A stretch of 64,000 bases of DNA from an uncultured Alphaproteobacteria bacterium (GTDB lineage: Bacteria; Pseudomonadota; Alphaproteobacteria; Acetobacterales; Acetobacteraceae): positions 13,094-77,093 of the forward strand of contig CAVPVB010000014.1 in the NCBI GenBank assembly GCA_963709085.1. Reading direction: 5' to 3'. Below the pieces are notes generated by a model. The model was given only the letters and a program-made list of their open reading frames with translations. It ran no database searches and was not told the DNA's origin. This document shows, in pieces, positions 32,119 through 42,040 of this stretch. The stretch's first letter is position 1; each line of letters starts with the position of its first letter. Made by a program: the position numbers and the translations under genes.

Positions 32119-33501
32119 ATGTGGGCGACTTTCGATCGGGATCCGGCCGGCAGCGCCGCAACCCGGTTCCTGTCCGATGAAACCGGCACGTTCTGCCTGA
32201 ATGACCTCCAGGCGCGGCGATGTCTCGCTACCCATCGCGACGCGCTGCGGGGCCGCAGCGTGCTGCTGGCGGTACGCGCCCAGCGCGCGGCGGTGCTTGC
32301 CCTGGTGGAGCTCCACGGCCTGGCGCGGCGCGTGCTGCTATGCCCGCCTGACCTAGCCCCCCAGCATCTTCCCGCCGTGCTGGCGGCCGGCGAGGTCGAC
32401 TGCGTCATCGGCGACGCGTGGCTGGCGGAATACGGCGACCTGCCGTTCATCCAGCCCGCCCCGGAGCCGAGGCCTGCGGCATGGCCGGCGGATTCGTCAC
32501 CCCACCCGACCGAGTGGGTCCTGTTTACATCAGGAACCACCGGGGCACCGAAACTAGCGCTGCATACCCTGGAGAGTCTGTCCGGGCATCTGCCCCGGGC
32601 GGCCCTGTCCGGAGAGCCGCCAGTATGGAGCACCTTCTACGACGTCCGCCGCTACGGCGGCATGCAGATCCTGCTCCGCGCCTTGCTGGGCGGCACCTCG
32701 CTGGTGCTGTCCAGCCCCGACGAGTTGCCCGCCGCGTTCTTGGCGCGGGCGGGGGCGGCCGGCGTCACCCACATCCTCGGCACCCCTTCGCATTGGCGTC
32801 GCGCGCTGATGTCAGGCGAGGCTGGCCGGATCTCTCCCGACTATGTCCGCCTCTCGGGCGAGATCGCCGACCAAGCCATTCTCGACCGGCTGCGCGCGAC
32901 CTATCCGGCAAGCCGGGTCATTCATGCCTTTGCCTCGACAGAGGCGGGGGTCGGTTTCGAGGTCGACGATGGCCTGGCCGGCTTCCCCGCCAGCGTGATG
33001 GAGCGGGCGGCTACACTCGAAGGCCAGGGGGTCGAGATCCGGATCGTCGAGGGATCGCTACAGATCCGCTCGTCGCGGCAGGCAAGATGCTATCTCAACG
33101 ACACCCGCGGCGCGCTGACCGGCCCCGACGGCTTTGTGGATACGGGCGACCTGGTCGAACGGCGGAACAACCGCTACTATTTTGTCGGCCGGAGCGCCGG
33201 CATCATCAACGTCGGCGGCCAAAAGGTGCACCCGGAGGAAGTCGAGGCCGTGCTCAACCGCTTTCCCGGCGTCGACATGGCGCTGGTACGAAGCCGGCGC
33301 AATCCCATCACCGGCTCCGTCGTCACCGCCGAGGTTGTGATGCGGCATCCGCACACGCCGGACGACGCCGGCGCCGTGATCGGCAAACTCCTGGGGTTCT
33401 GCCGGGTGAATCTCCCGGGCCACAAGGTCCCCGCGACCATCCGGATCGTCCCGGCGCTCGAGGTTTCGGTCTCCGGCAAGATCATGCGCACCCATGCGTA
33501 A
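32119..33501 (+). CDS. ANL-superfamily adenylate-forming enzyme (acyl-CoA / acyl-ACP ligase-like)
   Basis: LFTSGTTGAPK, FASTEAG, VDTGDLV, GRSAGIINVGGQKVHPEEVE, SGKI; ATG one base after the ACP stop. Confidence 0.88.
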   Translation: MWATFDRDPAGSAATRFLSDETGTFCLNDLQARRCLATHRDALRGRSVLLAVRAQRAAVLALVELHGLARRVLLCPPDLAPQHLPAVLAAGEVDCVIGDAWLAEYGDLPFIQPAPEPRPAAWPADSSPHPTEWVLFTSGTTGAPKLALHTLESLSGHLPRAALSGEPPVWSTFYDVRRYGGMQILLRALLGGTSLVLSSPDELPAAFLARAGAAGVTHILGTPSHWRRALMSGEAGRISPDYVRLSGEIADQAILDRLRATYPASRVIHAFASTEAGVGFEVDDGLAGFPASVMERAATLEGQGVEIRIVEGSLQIRSSRQARCYLNDTRGALTGPDGFVDTGDLVERRNNRYYFVGRSAGIINVGGQKVHPEEVEAVLNRFPGVDMALVRSRRNPITGSVVTAEVVMRHPHTPDDAGAVIGKLLGFCRVNLPGHKVPATIRIVPALEVSVSGKIMRTHA

Positions 33502-34228
33502 CGTCCTCGTAACCGGTGGCAGCCGCGGACTCGGGCTTGGCATCGCGCGCCGGCTCGCGGCCGGCGGCGACCGCGTCGTCGCGGTTGCCCGCCAGCCCAC
33601 CGACGAGCTTGCGGCAGCGATCCGGGACGCTACCGAAACCGGCCACGGCGCCCTGGAATTCCGCGCCTGCGACCTGAGCGACATCGCCGGCATCCGCGGC
33701 TTCGTCGCGACGCTGCGCCGCGAGCTCGGCACGATACATGGCCTGGTGAACAACGCGGCTCTGGGCACCAGCGGCATCCTGGCAACCATGCCTGACGAGG
33801 AGATCGAGCGACTGGTCCGGCTCAACGTGACTTCGCCGATCGTGCTGACGAAATACGTCGTGCGATCGATGATGAGCGGCGGCGCCGGCAGCATCGTCAA
33901 CATCACCTCGATCGTCGGGACCACGGGCTACAGCGGCCTGTCCGCCTACTCGGCCACCAAGACCTCGCTGATCGGCTTCACCCGCTCCCTGGCCCGCGAG
34001 GTCGGGGCGCTCGGAATCAGAGTGAACGCCGTCGCCCCCGGGTTCGTTGCAACTGAAATGACCAGGGAGATGAGCGGGGCGCATCTCGAAAAGATACGGC
34101 GCCGCAGTGCGCTGCGGCGACTTGCTGAGGTCGAGGACATCGCCAGCGCGGTCGAATACCTGCTCAGCGACAGGGCGTGCAACATCACCGGCACCATGCT
34201 GACGGTCGACGCCGGCAACACGGCCTGA
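33494..34228 (+). CDS. SDR oxidoreductase, FabG-like
   Basis: TGGSRGLG, LVNNAA, ITS, YSATK, VNAVAPGFVATEM. Confidence 0.92.
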   Translation: MRNVLVTGGSRGLGLGIARRLAAGGDRVVAVARQPTDELAAAIRDATETGHGALEFRACDLSDIAGIRGFVATLRRELGTIHGLVNNAALGTSGILATMPDEEIERLVRLNVTSPIVLTKYVVRSMMSGGAGSIVNITSIVGTTGYSGLSAYSATKTSLIGFTRSLAREVGALGIRVNAVAPGFVATEMTREMSGAHLEKIRRRSALRRLAEVEDIASAVEYLLSDRACNITGTMLTVDAGNTA

Positions 34229-34236
34229 CCGCGTGC

Positions 34237-36066
34237 CTACAGCCGCACACTGCCTTGGAGAAGACGAGCTCGCAGAGCCGCGTCCAACGGCACGAACATC
34301 CGGCTGGCCGGGTCATTGAAGTACACCGGCTCAGCATCCGCGTTCACCGCGAACCCCTCGGCCGCCAGCCGCGTCTTCACCGGCTTGAACGTGGCGGTGG
34401 CTTCCAGGGTCGCGCAGATCCGCAGGAACAGAATGCGCGCATAGTCCGGCAGGCACCGGGCCAGATGCGCATGCAGGCGTTCGAGGCTGAAATCCGGTGC
34501 CGTGGTGATCGCGGCCATGCCGGCGCGCCCCTCCGCGCCGGGAACCTCGACCCCGTACACCACCGCCCCGGATATGCCGGGGCAGGCTGATATCACTTCG
34601 GCAACCTCGCTCGTTGAGACGTTCTCTCCCTTCCAGCGGAACGTGTCGCCGATGCGGTCGACAAAATGGAAGAAGCCGGCTTCGTCGCGGCGCAGCAGGT
34701 CGCCGGTCCGGAACCAGGCGTCGCCCGCCGCGAACACATCCCGCAGGATCTTCCGCTCGGTCGCGGCGGCATCGGTATAGCCCTCGAAGCGCCGCGCCCC
34801 GGCGTCGTCGCCGACCAGGATCCGGCCGATCGCCTCGCCGGTCTCGTCGACACTGCAGCGGATGCACCGCCCGGCCTCGTCGCGGCACGGCTCCCCCGTC
34901 TCCGGGTCGGAGCGGATCACCATCACCGGAAAGCGGTGCGCCAGGAACGGCGGCACGCGCCCGATGGCGCCTGGACGGCCTTCGCAGTTGTAGAGGGCCA
35001 CGTTCCCCTCGGTCGAGGCATAGAACTCGACAATGTGGGGAATCCGGAATTGAGCCTGGAACGTCTCCCACACCTCCTTGCGCAGCCCGTTGCCGAAACA
35101 AAGCCGCAACTGGTGCCCGCGCGCCGCCGGGTTGTCCGCCGTCGCCAGCAGGTAGCGGCACAGCTCGCCGATGTAGAGGAACAGGGTGCAGCCGTGGCCG
35201 CCGACATCTTTCCAGAAACGACTGGCGGAAAAGCGCTGCCGGATAAGCACGGATCCGCCGCTCACCAGCATGGCGCCGATCCCGACCACGCCACCCGTGC
35301 TGTGGTACATCGGCAGACAGTTGAACAGCAGGTCTTCCGGCCGCACATCCATCATCCCCGAAAACCAATAGCTCCACTCCAGGATGCGATAGTGGCTGAA
35401 CTTCACCGCTTTCGGCAGGCCGGTCGTGCCCGAGGTGTAGATCAGCAGCGCGGTGTCGCGTGTCGTTACCCTGGCGATATCCGCCGCAAGTGGGTCTCCT
35501 CCGTAGGCGCCGTGGTCCAGCACGCACCAGCGGCCGGCCGCAGCTTCGCCCCCGGCAGGCGCCCAGATGCGCGTGCCGGCCGCCAGGCGGGGCCGGATCG
35601 CCACGACCTGCGCGACCAGGTCGGCGCCTGCGATGACATGTCGGGGCGATGCCACGGCCAGCACGTGCTCGAGCCCGGCTTCCCTGAGATTGGTGTTGAT
35701 CAGGGCGACCACTCCGCCCACGCGGGTAATGCCAAGCCAGAGCGCCGCGTAGTCGGGGCAGTTGTGCATAAACAGGGCGACGACCTCTCCGGGTCGCACA
35801 CCCTGCTCGAGCGCCCAGCGCGTGTAACGGTTCGCCCGCCCGGCGAGCCCGGCATATGACAGCGCCTCATCGCCGGACAGCAACGCCGGCGCCTCTCCGA
35901 AACGCGCAGCCAGTTCGTCCATAAGCGACGGCAGGGTCCGGTCCGTAGCGCCGGACAAAAACGTGGTTCGCTCGAGCGCCCGGCTCCACGCCTTTGCGGG
36001 CGTAGGCCGGTCGCGCGCGCCGATCCGACCGGTCGTTGCGGAGCGGAGAGGCTCCTGGTTCATCAC
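34237..36066 (-). CDS. Long-chain acyl-CoA synthetase, FATP/FACL6-like
   Basis: LIYTSGTTGLPKA, YIGELCRYL, EFYASTEGN, WFRTGDLL..FVDRIGDTFRWKGENVSTSEV, GRAGMAA, TATFK. Confidence 0.92.
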   Translation of the reverse strand: MMNQEPLRSATTGRIGARDRPTPAKAWSRALERTTFLSGATDRTLPSLMDELAARFGEAPALLSGDEALSYAGLAGRANRYTRWALEQGVRPGEVVALFMHNCPDYAALWLGITRVGGVVALINTNLREAGLEHVLAVASPRHVIAGADLVAQVVAIRPRLAAGTRIWAPAGGEAAAGRWCVLDHGAYGGDPLAADIARVTTRDTALLIYTSGTTGLPKAVKFSHYRILEWSYWFSGMMDVRPEDLLFNCLPMYHSTGGVVGIGAMLVSGGSVLIRQRFSASRFWKDVGGHGCTLFLYIGELCRYLLATADNPAARGHQLRLCFGNGLRKEVWETFQAQFRIPHIVEFYASTEGNVALYNCEGRPGAIGRVPPFLAHRFPVMVIRSDPETGEPCRDEAGRCIRCSVDETGEAIGRILVGDDAGARRFEGYTDAAATERKILRDVFAAGDAWFRTGDLLRRDEAGFFHFVDRIGDTFRWKGENVSTSEVAEVISACPGISGAVVYGVEVPGAEGRAGMAAITTAPDFSLERLHAHLARCLPDYARILFLRICATLEATATFKPVKTRLAAEGFAVNADAEPVYFNDPASRMFVPLDAALRARLLQGSVRL

Positions 36067-36097
36067 GCCATGAAGCCCTCGGCTGGAGAGGCAATAT

Positions 36098-36173
36098 GGT
36101 TCTGTTGCTCGCCCTCTTCCTCGGGGCCGATCATACGCCGGCCGGAACCCATCGCCAACTTTGCAACAGAACC
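36098..36173. mobile_element. 76-bp miniature IS6 derivative
   Basis: GGTTCTGTTGC..GCAACAGAACC; interior is a diverged reverse complement of the IS6 left ~65 bp; no TSD found. Confidence 0.7.
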
Positions 36174-36301
36174 GGCTTGACGGTCTCTCTGGGGTGTGCA
36201 GAAATCCTTGTCACGCCGAGACTTTTCCTGGGTGCGGCGGTGCCGTCATGCAGGCGCGCTGCCTCCGGGGACAGCAACGGACGAGGGAAGAAATCGCAGG
36301 C

Positions 36302-37243
36302 ATGTTCGCCTACGCCGTGAGGCGAGTCCTGGCGACCGTCCCCGTGATGGCGGTGGTGGCCCTGTTCGTATTCAGCCTGCTGTACATCGCTCCCGGCGAT
36401 CCGGCGGCGCTCATTGCCGGCGACCAGGCCACGCCGGACGATGTCGAGCGCATCCGTACCTCGCTTGGCCTCGACCGGCCCTTCCTTGTCCGCTTCGGCG
36501 AATGGGTGTGGCAGGTGCTGAACGGCGATCTCGGCAGGTCGATCTTCACGAACCTGCCAGTGACCCATATGATCGCGCAGCGTATCGAACCAACACTGTC
36601 ATTGATGGTCCTGACGCTAGTGCTGTCGATCAGCATGGCGGTGCCGATGGGCGTGTTGGCGGCATGGAAACACGGCACCTGGGCGGACGGACTGGTGATG
36701 GTCATGGCGGTGGCCGGGTTTTCGGTGCCGGTGTTCGTGGTGGGCTACGTGATCGCCTACGTGTTCGCGCTCCGGCTCGACATGTTTCCGGTGCAGGGCT
36801 ACACGCCGCTCGCCCAGGGGGTCGGGCCGTGGCTGGCCAACCTGGTGCTGCCCGCGGTCACGCTGGGCAGCGCCTTCGTCGCCCTGATTACGCGCATCAC
36901 CCGAGCGACCATGCTGGAGGCGCTGAGCCAGAACTACGTGCGCACAGCGCGATCGAAAGGCGTTGGACAGCGCTCGATATTGTTCGTGCACGCCCTGAAG
37001 AACGCGGCGGTGCCGATCGTCACGGTCGTCGGGCTGGGGGTTGCCGGTCTTATCGGCGGCGCGGTGGTAACCGAGAGCGTGTTCGCCATTCCTGGCATCG
37101 GGCGGCTGGTGGTGGACGCCATCCTCCGGCGTGACTACCCGGTCATCCAGGGCGTCCTGCTGATGTTCACCTTGGTCTGCGTGCTGGTGAACCTGGGCGT
37201 CGATCTGCTCTACACCGTGTTCGACCCGAGGATCCACTATTGA
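36302..37243 (+). CDS. dppB: Dipeptide/oligopeptide ABC permease (DppB/OppB family)
   Basis: PGDPA..GLDRP, ITRITRATMLEALSQNYVRTARSKG, VTESVFAIPGIGRL, RDYPVIQG. Confidence 0.9.
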   Translation: MFAYAVRRVLATVPVMAVVALFVFSLLYIAPGDPAALIAGDQATPDDVERIRTSLGLDRPFLVRFGEWVWQVLNGDLGRSIFTNLPVTHMIAQRIEPTLSLMVLTLVLSISMAVPMGVLAAWKHGTWADGLVMVMAVAGFSVPVFVVGYVIAYVFALRLDMFPVQGYTPLAQGVGPWLANLVLPAVTLGSAFVALITRITRATMLEALSQNYVRTARSKGVGQRSILFVHALKNAAVPIVTVVGLGVAGLIGGAVVTESVFAIPGIGRLVVDAILRRDYPVIQGVLLMFTLVCVLVNLGVDLLYTVFDPRIHY

Positions 37244-38151
37244 GCAACGGCGCACGCGCGCCGCGTCCGCTCAGCGCCGCGCCGGACCTGTCTGACGTGC
37301 TGCCGCCGTGCCACCGGCGCGGCCAGATCGCCACGTTCATCTATCGCTTTCCGACCATCGCCGCCGGCGGCTTCCTGCTGGCGGTCATCGTCGCGATCGC
37401 GCTTCTGGCGCCCTGGCTGGGCACGGTCGATCCCGCCGCGCTGGCGCCGGCGCACCGCACCCGTCCGCCCGGCGCGCAGCACTGGTTCGGCACCGACATG
37501 CTTGGCCGCGACGTCTATTCGCGCGTGCTCTACGGCACGCGGGTGTCGGTGATCGTTGGCGTCTCGGTGGCATTTAGCGCGGCTGCCATCGGCACGACCA
37601 TTGGCCTGATCTCGGGCTTCATCCGCCGGCTCGACGCCGTGGTGATGCGGATGATGGACGGCATGATGTCGATCCCGCCGATCCTGCTTGCGATCGCGCT
37701 GATGGCGCTGACGCGGAGCTCGGTGCAGAACGTCATTATCGCCATCACCATCGCCGAGGTGCCGCGCGTCAGCCGCCTGGTGCGCGGCGTGGTGCTGAGC
37801 CTGCGTGAGCTGGGTTATGTCGAGGCGGCGGTCGCCGCCGGCACCCGCACGCCGATGATCATCCTCAGGCATATCCTGCCCAACATGCTGGCGCCAGTCA
37901 CGGTGCAGGCCTCCTACATCTGCGCCGCCGCCATGATTACCGAGGCCATCCTGTCGTTCATCGGCGCCGGCACGCCGCCGACCATCCCGTCCTGGGGCAA
38001 CATCATGGCCGAGGGGCAGGCGCTCTGGCAGGTCAAGCCATACATCGTGTTTTTCCCGGCGGTGTTCCTGTCCGTCACCGTGCTGGCGGTGAACCTGCTC
38101 GGCGACGGGCTGCGTGACGCGCTCGACCCGCGCCTGGCGAAAAGGATCTGA
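37240..38151 (+). CDS. dppC: Dipeptide/oligopeptide ABC permease (DppC/OppC family)
   Basis: HWFGTDMLGRDVYSRVLYGTR, YVEAAVAAG, RHILPN, LAVNLLGDGLRDALDPR. Confidence 0.9.
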   Translation: MSNGARAPRPLSAAPDLSDVLPPCHRRGQIATFIYRFPTIAAGGFLLAVIVAIALLAPWLGTVDPAALAPAHRTRPPGAQHWFGTDMLGRDVYSRVLYGTRVSVIVGVSVAFSAAAIGTTIGLISGFIRRLDAVVMRMMDGMMSIPPILLAIALMALTRSSVQNVIIAITIAEVPRVSRLVRGVVLSLRELGYVEAAVAAGTRTPMIILRHILPNMLAPVTVQASYICAAAMITEAILSFIGAGTPPTIPSWGNIMAEGQALWQVKPYIVFFPAVFLSVTVLAVNLLGDGLRDALDPRLAKRI

Positions 38152-38156
38152 AGACG

Positions 38157-39158
38157 ATGGCTCTGCCGCTGCTTCAGGTGGAGAACCTGCAGACCCATTT
38201 CGCCACGCTCGATGGCGTGGTGCGCGCGGTCGAGGGGCTGTCCTTTCACATCGACCCTGGCGAGACAGTGGCGGTGGTGGGCGAAAGCGGCTGCGGCAAA
38301 TCGGTCACCGCGATGTCGATCCTGCGGCTGATCGCCGAACCGCCCGGACGCAGCGTTGGCCGCATCGCGTTTCAGGGCCGCAATCTGCTGAGCCTTTCCG
38401 AGCCGCAGATGCGCAAGATCCGCGGCAAGGAGATCAGCATGATCTTCCAGGAGCCGATGTCCAGTCTGAACCCGGTGCTGACCGTGGGATGGCAGATCGG
38501 CGAGACGCTGCGCCTGCACGAAGGCCTGTCTGCCCGCGACGCCGAGCGCCGCGCGGTGGAAATGCTGACCCTGGTGGGCATCCCGGCGCCGCCGCGGCGG
38601 GTGCGCGAATATCCCCACCAGCTTTCGAACGGCATGTGCCAGCGCGTCATGATCGCCATGGCGCTGGCCTGCAACCCGAAGCTACTGATCGCTGACGAGC
38701 CGACCGCCGCGCTGGACGTCACCATCCAGGCGCAGACCCTCGGTCTCATACGGGACCTCAAAGCGCGGTTGGGCTCCGCGATCATGCTGATCAGCCACGA
38801 CCTCGGCGTGGTGGCCGAAATGGCGCAACGCGTGGTGGTAATGTACGCGGGCACCAAGGTGGAGGAGGGCGCGGTGGAGGCCATTTTTGCCCGTCCCATG
38901 CACCCTTACACGCGCGGCCTACTCGGCGCGGTGCCGAAGCTCGGCTCGTCGTTGGAGCAGAGCGGGCGCCGCAAGCTGGCGGAAATACCTGGCCAGTTGC
39001 CCGGCCTGCGCACGAAGATCGTCGGCTGTGTCTTCGCCGGCCGCTGCCCAGCGGCGGCGGATCCCTGCCGCGCGGTGGCACCGGCCGTGGAGGAGAAGCT
39101 GCCCGGCCATTTCGCCGCCTGCCACTTTGCCGAGCGCACCGCGGAGCTGACTATATGA
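38157..39158 (+). CDS. dppD: Peptide ABC transporter ATP-binding protein (DppD/OppD)
   Basis: GESGCGKS, MIFQEPMSSLNP, YPHQLSNGMCQR, ADEPTAALD, HPYT, C-terminal oligo_HPY Cys motif. Confidence 0.92.
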   Translation: MALPLLQVENLQTHFATLDGVVRAVEGLSFHIDPGETVAVVGESGCGKSVTAMSILRLIAEPPGRSVGRIAFQGRNLLSLSEPQMRKIRGKEISMIFQEPMSSLNPVLTVGWQIGETLRLHEGLSARDAERRAVEMLTLVGIPAPPRRVREYPHQLSNGMCQRVMIAMALACNPKLLIADEPTAALDVTIQAQTLGLIRDLKARLGSAIMLISHDLGVVAEMAQRVVVMYAGTKVEEGAVEAIFARPMHPYTRGLLGAVPKLGSSLEQSGRRKLAEIPGQLPGLRTKIVGCVFAGRCPAAADPCRAVAPAVEEKLPGHFAACHFAERTAELTI

Positions 39159-40196
39159 CCAGGCCGAAGCTGCTCGAACGTCCGCGACATCAAAAAACAT
39201 TTTATCATTCATGGCGGTCTGCTGGGCGGTTCCTCCAGCCATGTCCACGCCGTCGACGGCGTCAGCTTCGACATCGCCCGCGGCGAGACCCTTTCGCTGG
39301 TGGGTGAGAGCGGCTGCGGCAAGTCCACGGTGGCCAGGGCGATCCTTCGGCTGCACAACATTGATTCCGGCGAGGTGCGGCTGGACGGGCAGCGCATCGA
39401 CAACCTGCCGGAGAGGCGGCTGCGTCCGATGCGCCGGCGCATGCAGGTTGTGTTCCAGGACCCGTTCTCCTCGCTCAACCCGCGCCAGCGCATACGGGAC
39501 ATCATTGCCGAGCCGATTCGTAATTTCGGCCTCGCATGCGGATCCGAGCTGGATGACCGCGTGGCCGCCCTGATGGACAAGGTGCGCCTGCCGCGCGATG
39601 CCATGCGGCGCTTCCCGCATGAGTTCTCCGGCGGTCAGCGCCAACGCATCGGCATCGCCCGCGCGCTCGCCCCTGGTGCTGAACTCATCATCTGCGACGA
39701 GGCGGTCTCCGCCCTCGACATTTCCGTCAAGGCTCAGATCGTCAACCTGTTGTCTGACCTGCAGGACGAGTTGGGCCTTGCCCTGCTGTTCATCAGCCAC
39801 GACCTGCCCGTCGTCGAGCACCTCTCGCACCGCGTGGCGGTGATGTACCTCGGCAAGATCGTTGAATTGGCCAACCGCCGCACGCTGTTCGCCGCGCCGC
39901 ACCATCCGTACACCCGGACGTTGTTGTCGGCAGTGGCGGTGCCCGACCCGCTTGTGAAGCGCCCACGGGTCATCCTGCGTGGAGACGTGCCCAGCCCGGT
40001 CAACCCGCCGGACGGCTGCCGCTTCCACACGCGCTGCCCGTTCGCGTTCGGTCGCTGCCGGGTCGAGGAGCCGCTTCTGCGGCCGGCGCCGAGCACGCCG
40101 GGAGACGGGCACATGACCGCCTGCCATCGCGATTCGACGCCCGAGTCGGCCGCCGCCTGGCGCGCCGCGCGTGTTCTGCTGGAAGATCCCCAGGCA
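39155..40196 (+). pseudogene. dppF: Peptide ABC ATP-binding protein (DppF/OppF); +1 frameshift near 39179; 3' end abuts IS21
   Basis: MTRPKLLE / VRDIKKHF..HAVDGVSF..GESGCGKST..FPHEFSGGQRQRIGIARAL..CDEAVSALD..GCRFHTRCP. Confidence 0.85.
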
Positions 40197-40654
40197 TGTG
40201 AACCGGCGTGGAAAATTGACCCCCCTGAGGGGGTGATCGGCGTCCAAAATTGACCCCCTCCTGGTGAGAAGACGCCGCCTGCTTTGGGGCAGGTGGAGCC
40301 GAGGGGATGCTGGTTGTGGAGACGATTGCCCGGATCAGGCGCGCGCATTTTGTTCAGGGGCGGTCGATTGGTTAGATTGTCCGGGAACTGAAGGTATCTC
40401 GGAACACGGTGCGCCGTGTGATCCGGTCGGGTTCGACGGAATCCCGGTACGCGCGGGCGAAGCAGCCGCGCCCGAAGCTGGGTGTGTGGACGGCGGAGCT
40501 GGAACGTCGGCTGGACGAGAATGCGGCCAAGCCGGTGCGCGAGCGGCTGACCTTGATGCGGATCTTCGAGGCGCTTCGGGATGCGGGCTACAGTGGCAGC
40601 TATGACGCGGTGCGCCGCTACAGCCGGGCGCACCTACGCGCGCAGGGAGGCGAA
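40197..40654 (+). pseudogene. istA: IS21-family left end and istA 5' fragment (in-frame TAG), fused by deletion to an IS4 transposase
   Basis: TGTGAACCGGCGTGGAAAATTGACCCC..AAAATTGACCCC end; MLVVETIARIRRAH..SRNTVRR..YSGSYDAVRRY. Confidence 0.8.
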
Positions 40655-42040
40655 GGCGGCGTATCGGTTGTTCGACGCGGAGGAGGTGACGCACGGGGCG
40701 ATCACGCAGCAGCATCGCGACCAAGTGATCGCGCTCGCCTGTGCGGCGGATGAACCGGTTTTGGCCATTCACGATGACATGCTGGTGGACTTGTCGCACC
40801 GGCACAGCCTGACCGGGTTGGGTCCGATCGGCAACGGCCACGGCCGGGGGTTCATGGCCCACTCGTGCCTGATGGTGCGATCCACCGGCGAGATACTTGG
40901 CCTGGCGCATCAGACGGTCTGGGCCCGCAAGGAGAGGGTGCGGAAGAAGCGGCGCCTGCTCAAGGCGTTGAAGAAGCGTCGTCTGGCCACGGCGCGATCG
41001 AAGCAACGCCAGCCCCGGCCGAAGCCGCCGCGGGGGCGGACCGAAGCGGCAGTGTGGGAAGAGACCATAGCGGCAATCGGTCGGTGCCCGCAGGGCAAGC
41101 GGTGGATCAGCATCGGCGACCGCGGCGCCGATGTGTTCACGCATTTCGAGAAGTGCCTGCAGCTGAACTGGCAGTGCCTCGTGCGCCTGGCGCATGACCG
41201 CGTCCTGCTGGATGGCGGGCGCCTGCTGGGCAAGGCGCGCGCGCTCGCCCCCATGGCGCGGCGCCTGACCGAGATCAAGGGGAGGCGCGTCTTACTGAAC
41301 GTCTCCTGGTTCGATGCTCAGGTGATGCGGCCGCGGTGCTGCAGTAGTGGCCATAGCCAGGCGATCGGCTGCTCCGTTGTGCGGGTCTGGAACGACGCCG
41401 AGCGGATGGAGTGGGTTCTGCTGTCGACACTGCCGGTGACGACGGCGGAGGCGGCGTTCGAGAAGGTTGACTGGTATAAACTCCGTTGGCTGATCGAGGA
41501 ATTTCATAAAGGATTGAAAACAGGCTGTGTGATCGAGCGGTCGCAACTACGCACCGCTGAGCGGTTCCTGCCGCTGTTCGCCATCGCGTCTGTCGTTGCG
41601 GTGCGTTTGCTACAGAGCCGCGCCGATGTGCGGGCCTGTCCCGACGGCCCGGTCGCCGCAGATGAGCAGACGATCGAGATTCTGGCATTGGCGCTCAACC
41701 GTTCCCCCGACGCGCTGCTGACCAACCGCGATTTCGCCCACGGTGTCGCGACGTTTGGCGGCTTCCTTGATCGCAAGGGCGATGGTGAACCGGGCTGGCA
41801 GACCCTCTCGCGCGGCTCGCAGGTCTTCAGCTTCATCCTCTTCGGGTTCAATCTCGCGCTGAATTTAGTGCCCGGCGTCCTTGACTCTGCGGTGGATGTC
41901 TGACTCGATCGTTCCGCATAGGACCAGCGGAGACGATTTGTGGCTGCCAAAGAGATCGCGGTAAAAAAGGCCTGTGCGGCTGAGCGGAACAGAAAAGTAG
42001 CATAATGCTATTCAAAAGTCCCATGCGGAAGTAGGGGGCT

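Noticed and set aside
30919-36173. IS6 plus mini-IS6 as a composite transposon around the ACP cluster
   Set aside because: No matching TSD, and the mini-element is diverged from the resident IS6; cannot be supported, though not excluded.
40581-41903. 440-aa ORF as a novel IstA-IS4 fusion protein
   Set aside because: Deletion junction between two pseudogenes; the istA portion is read out of frame and the C-terminus runs into the IS630 end.
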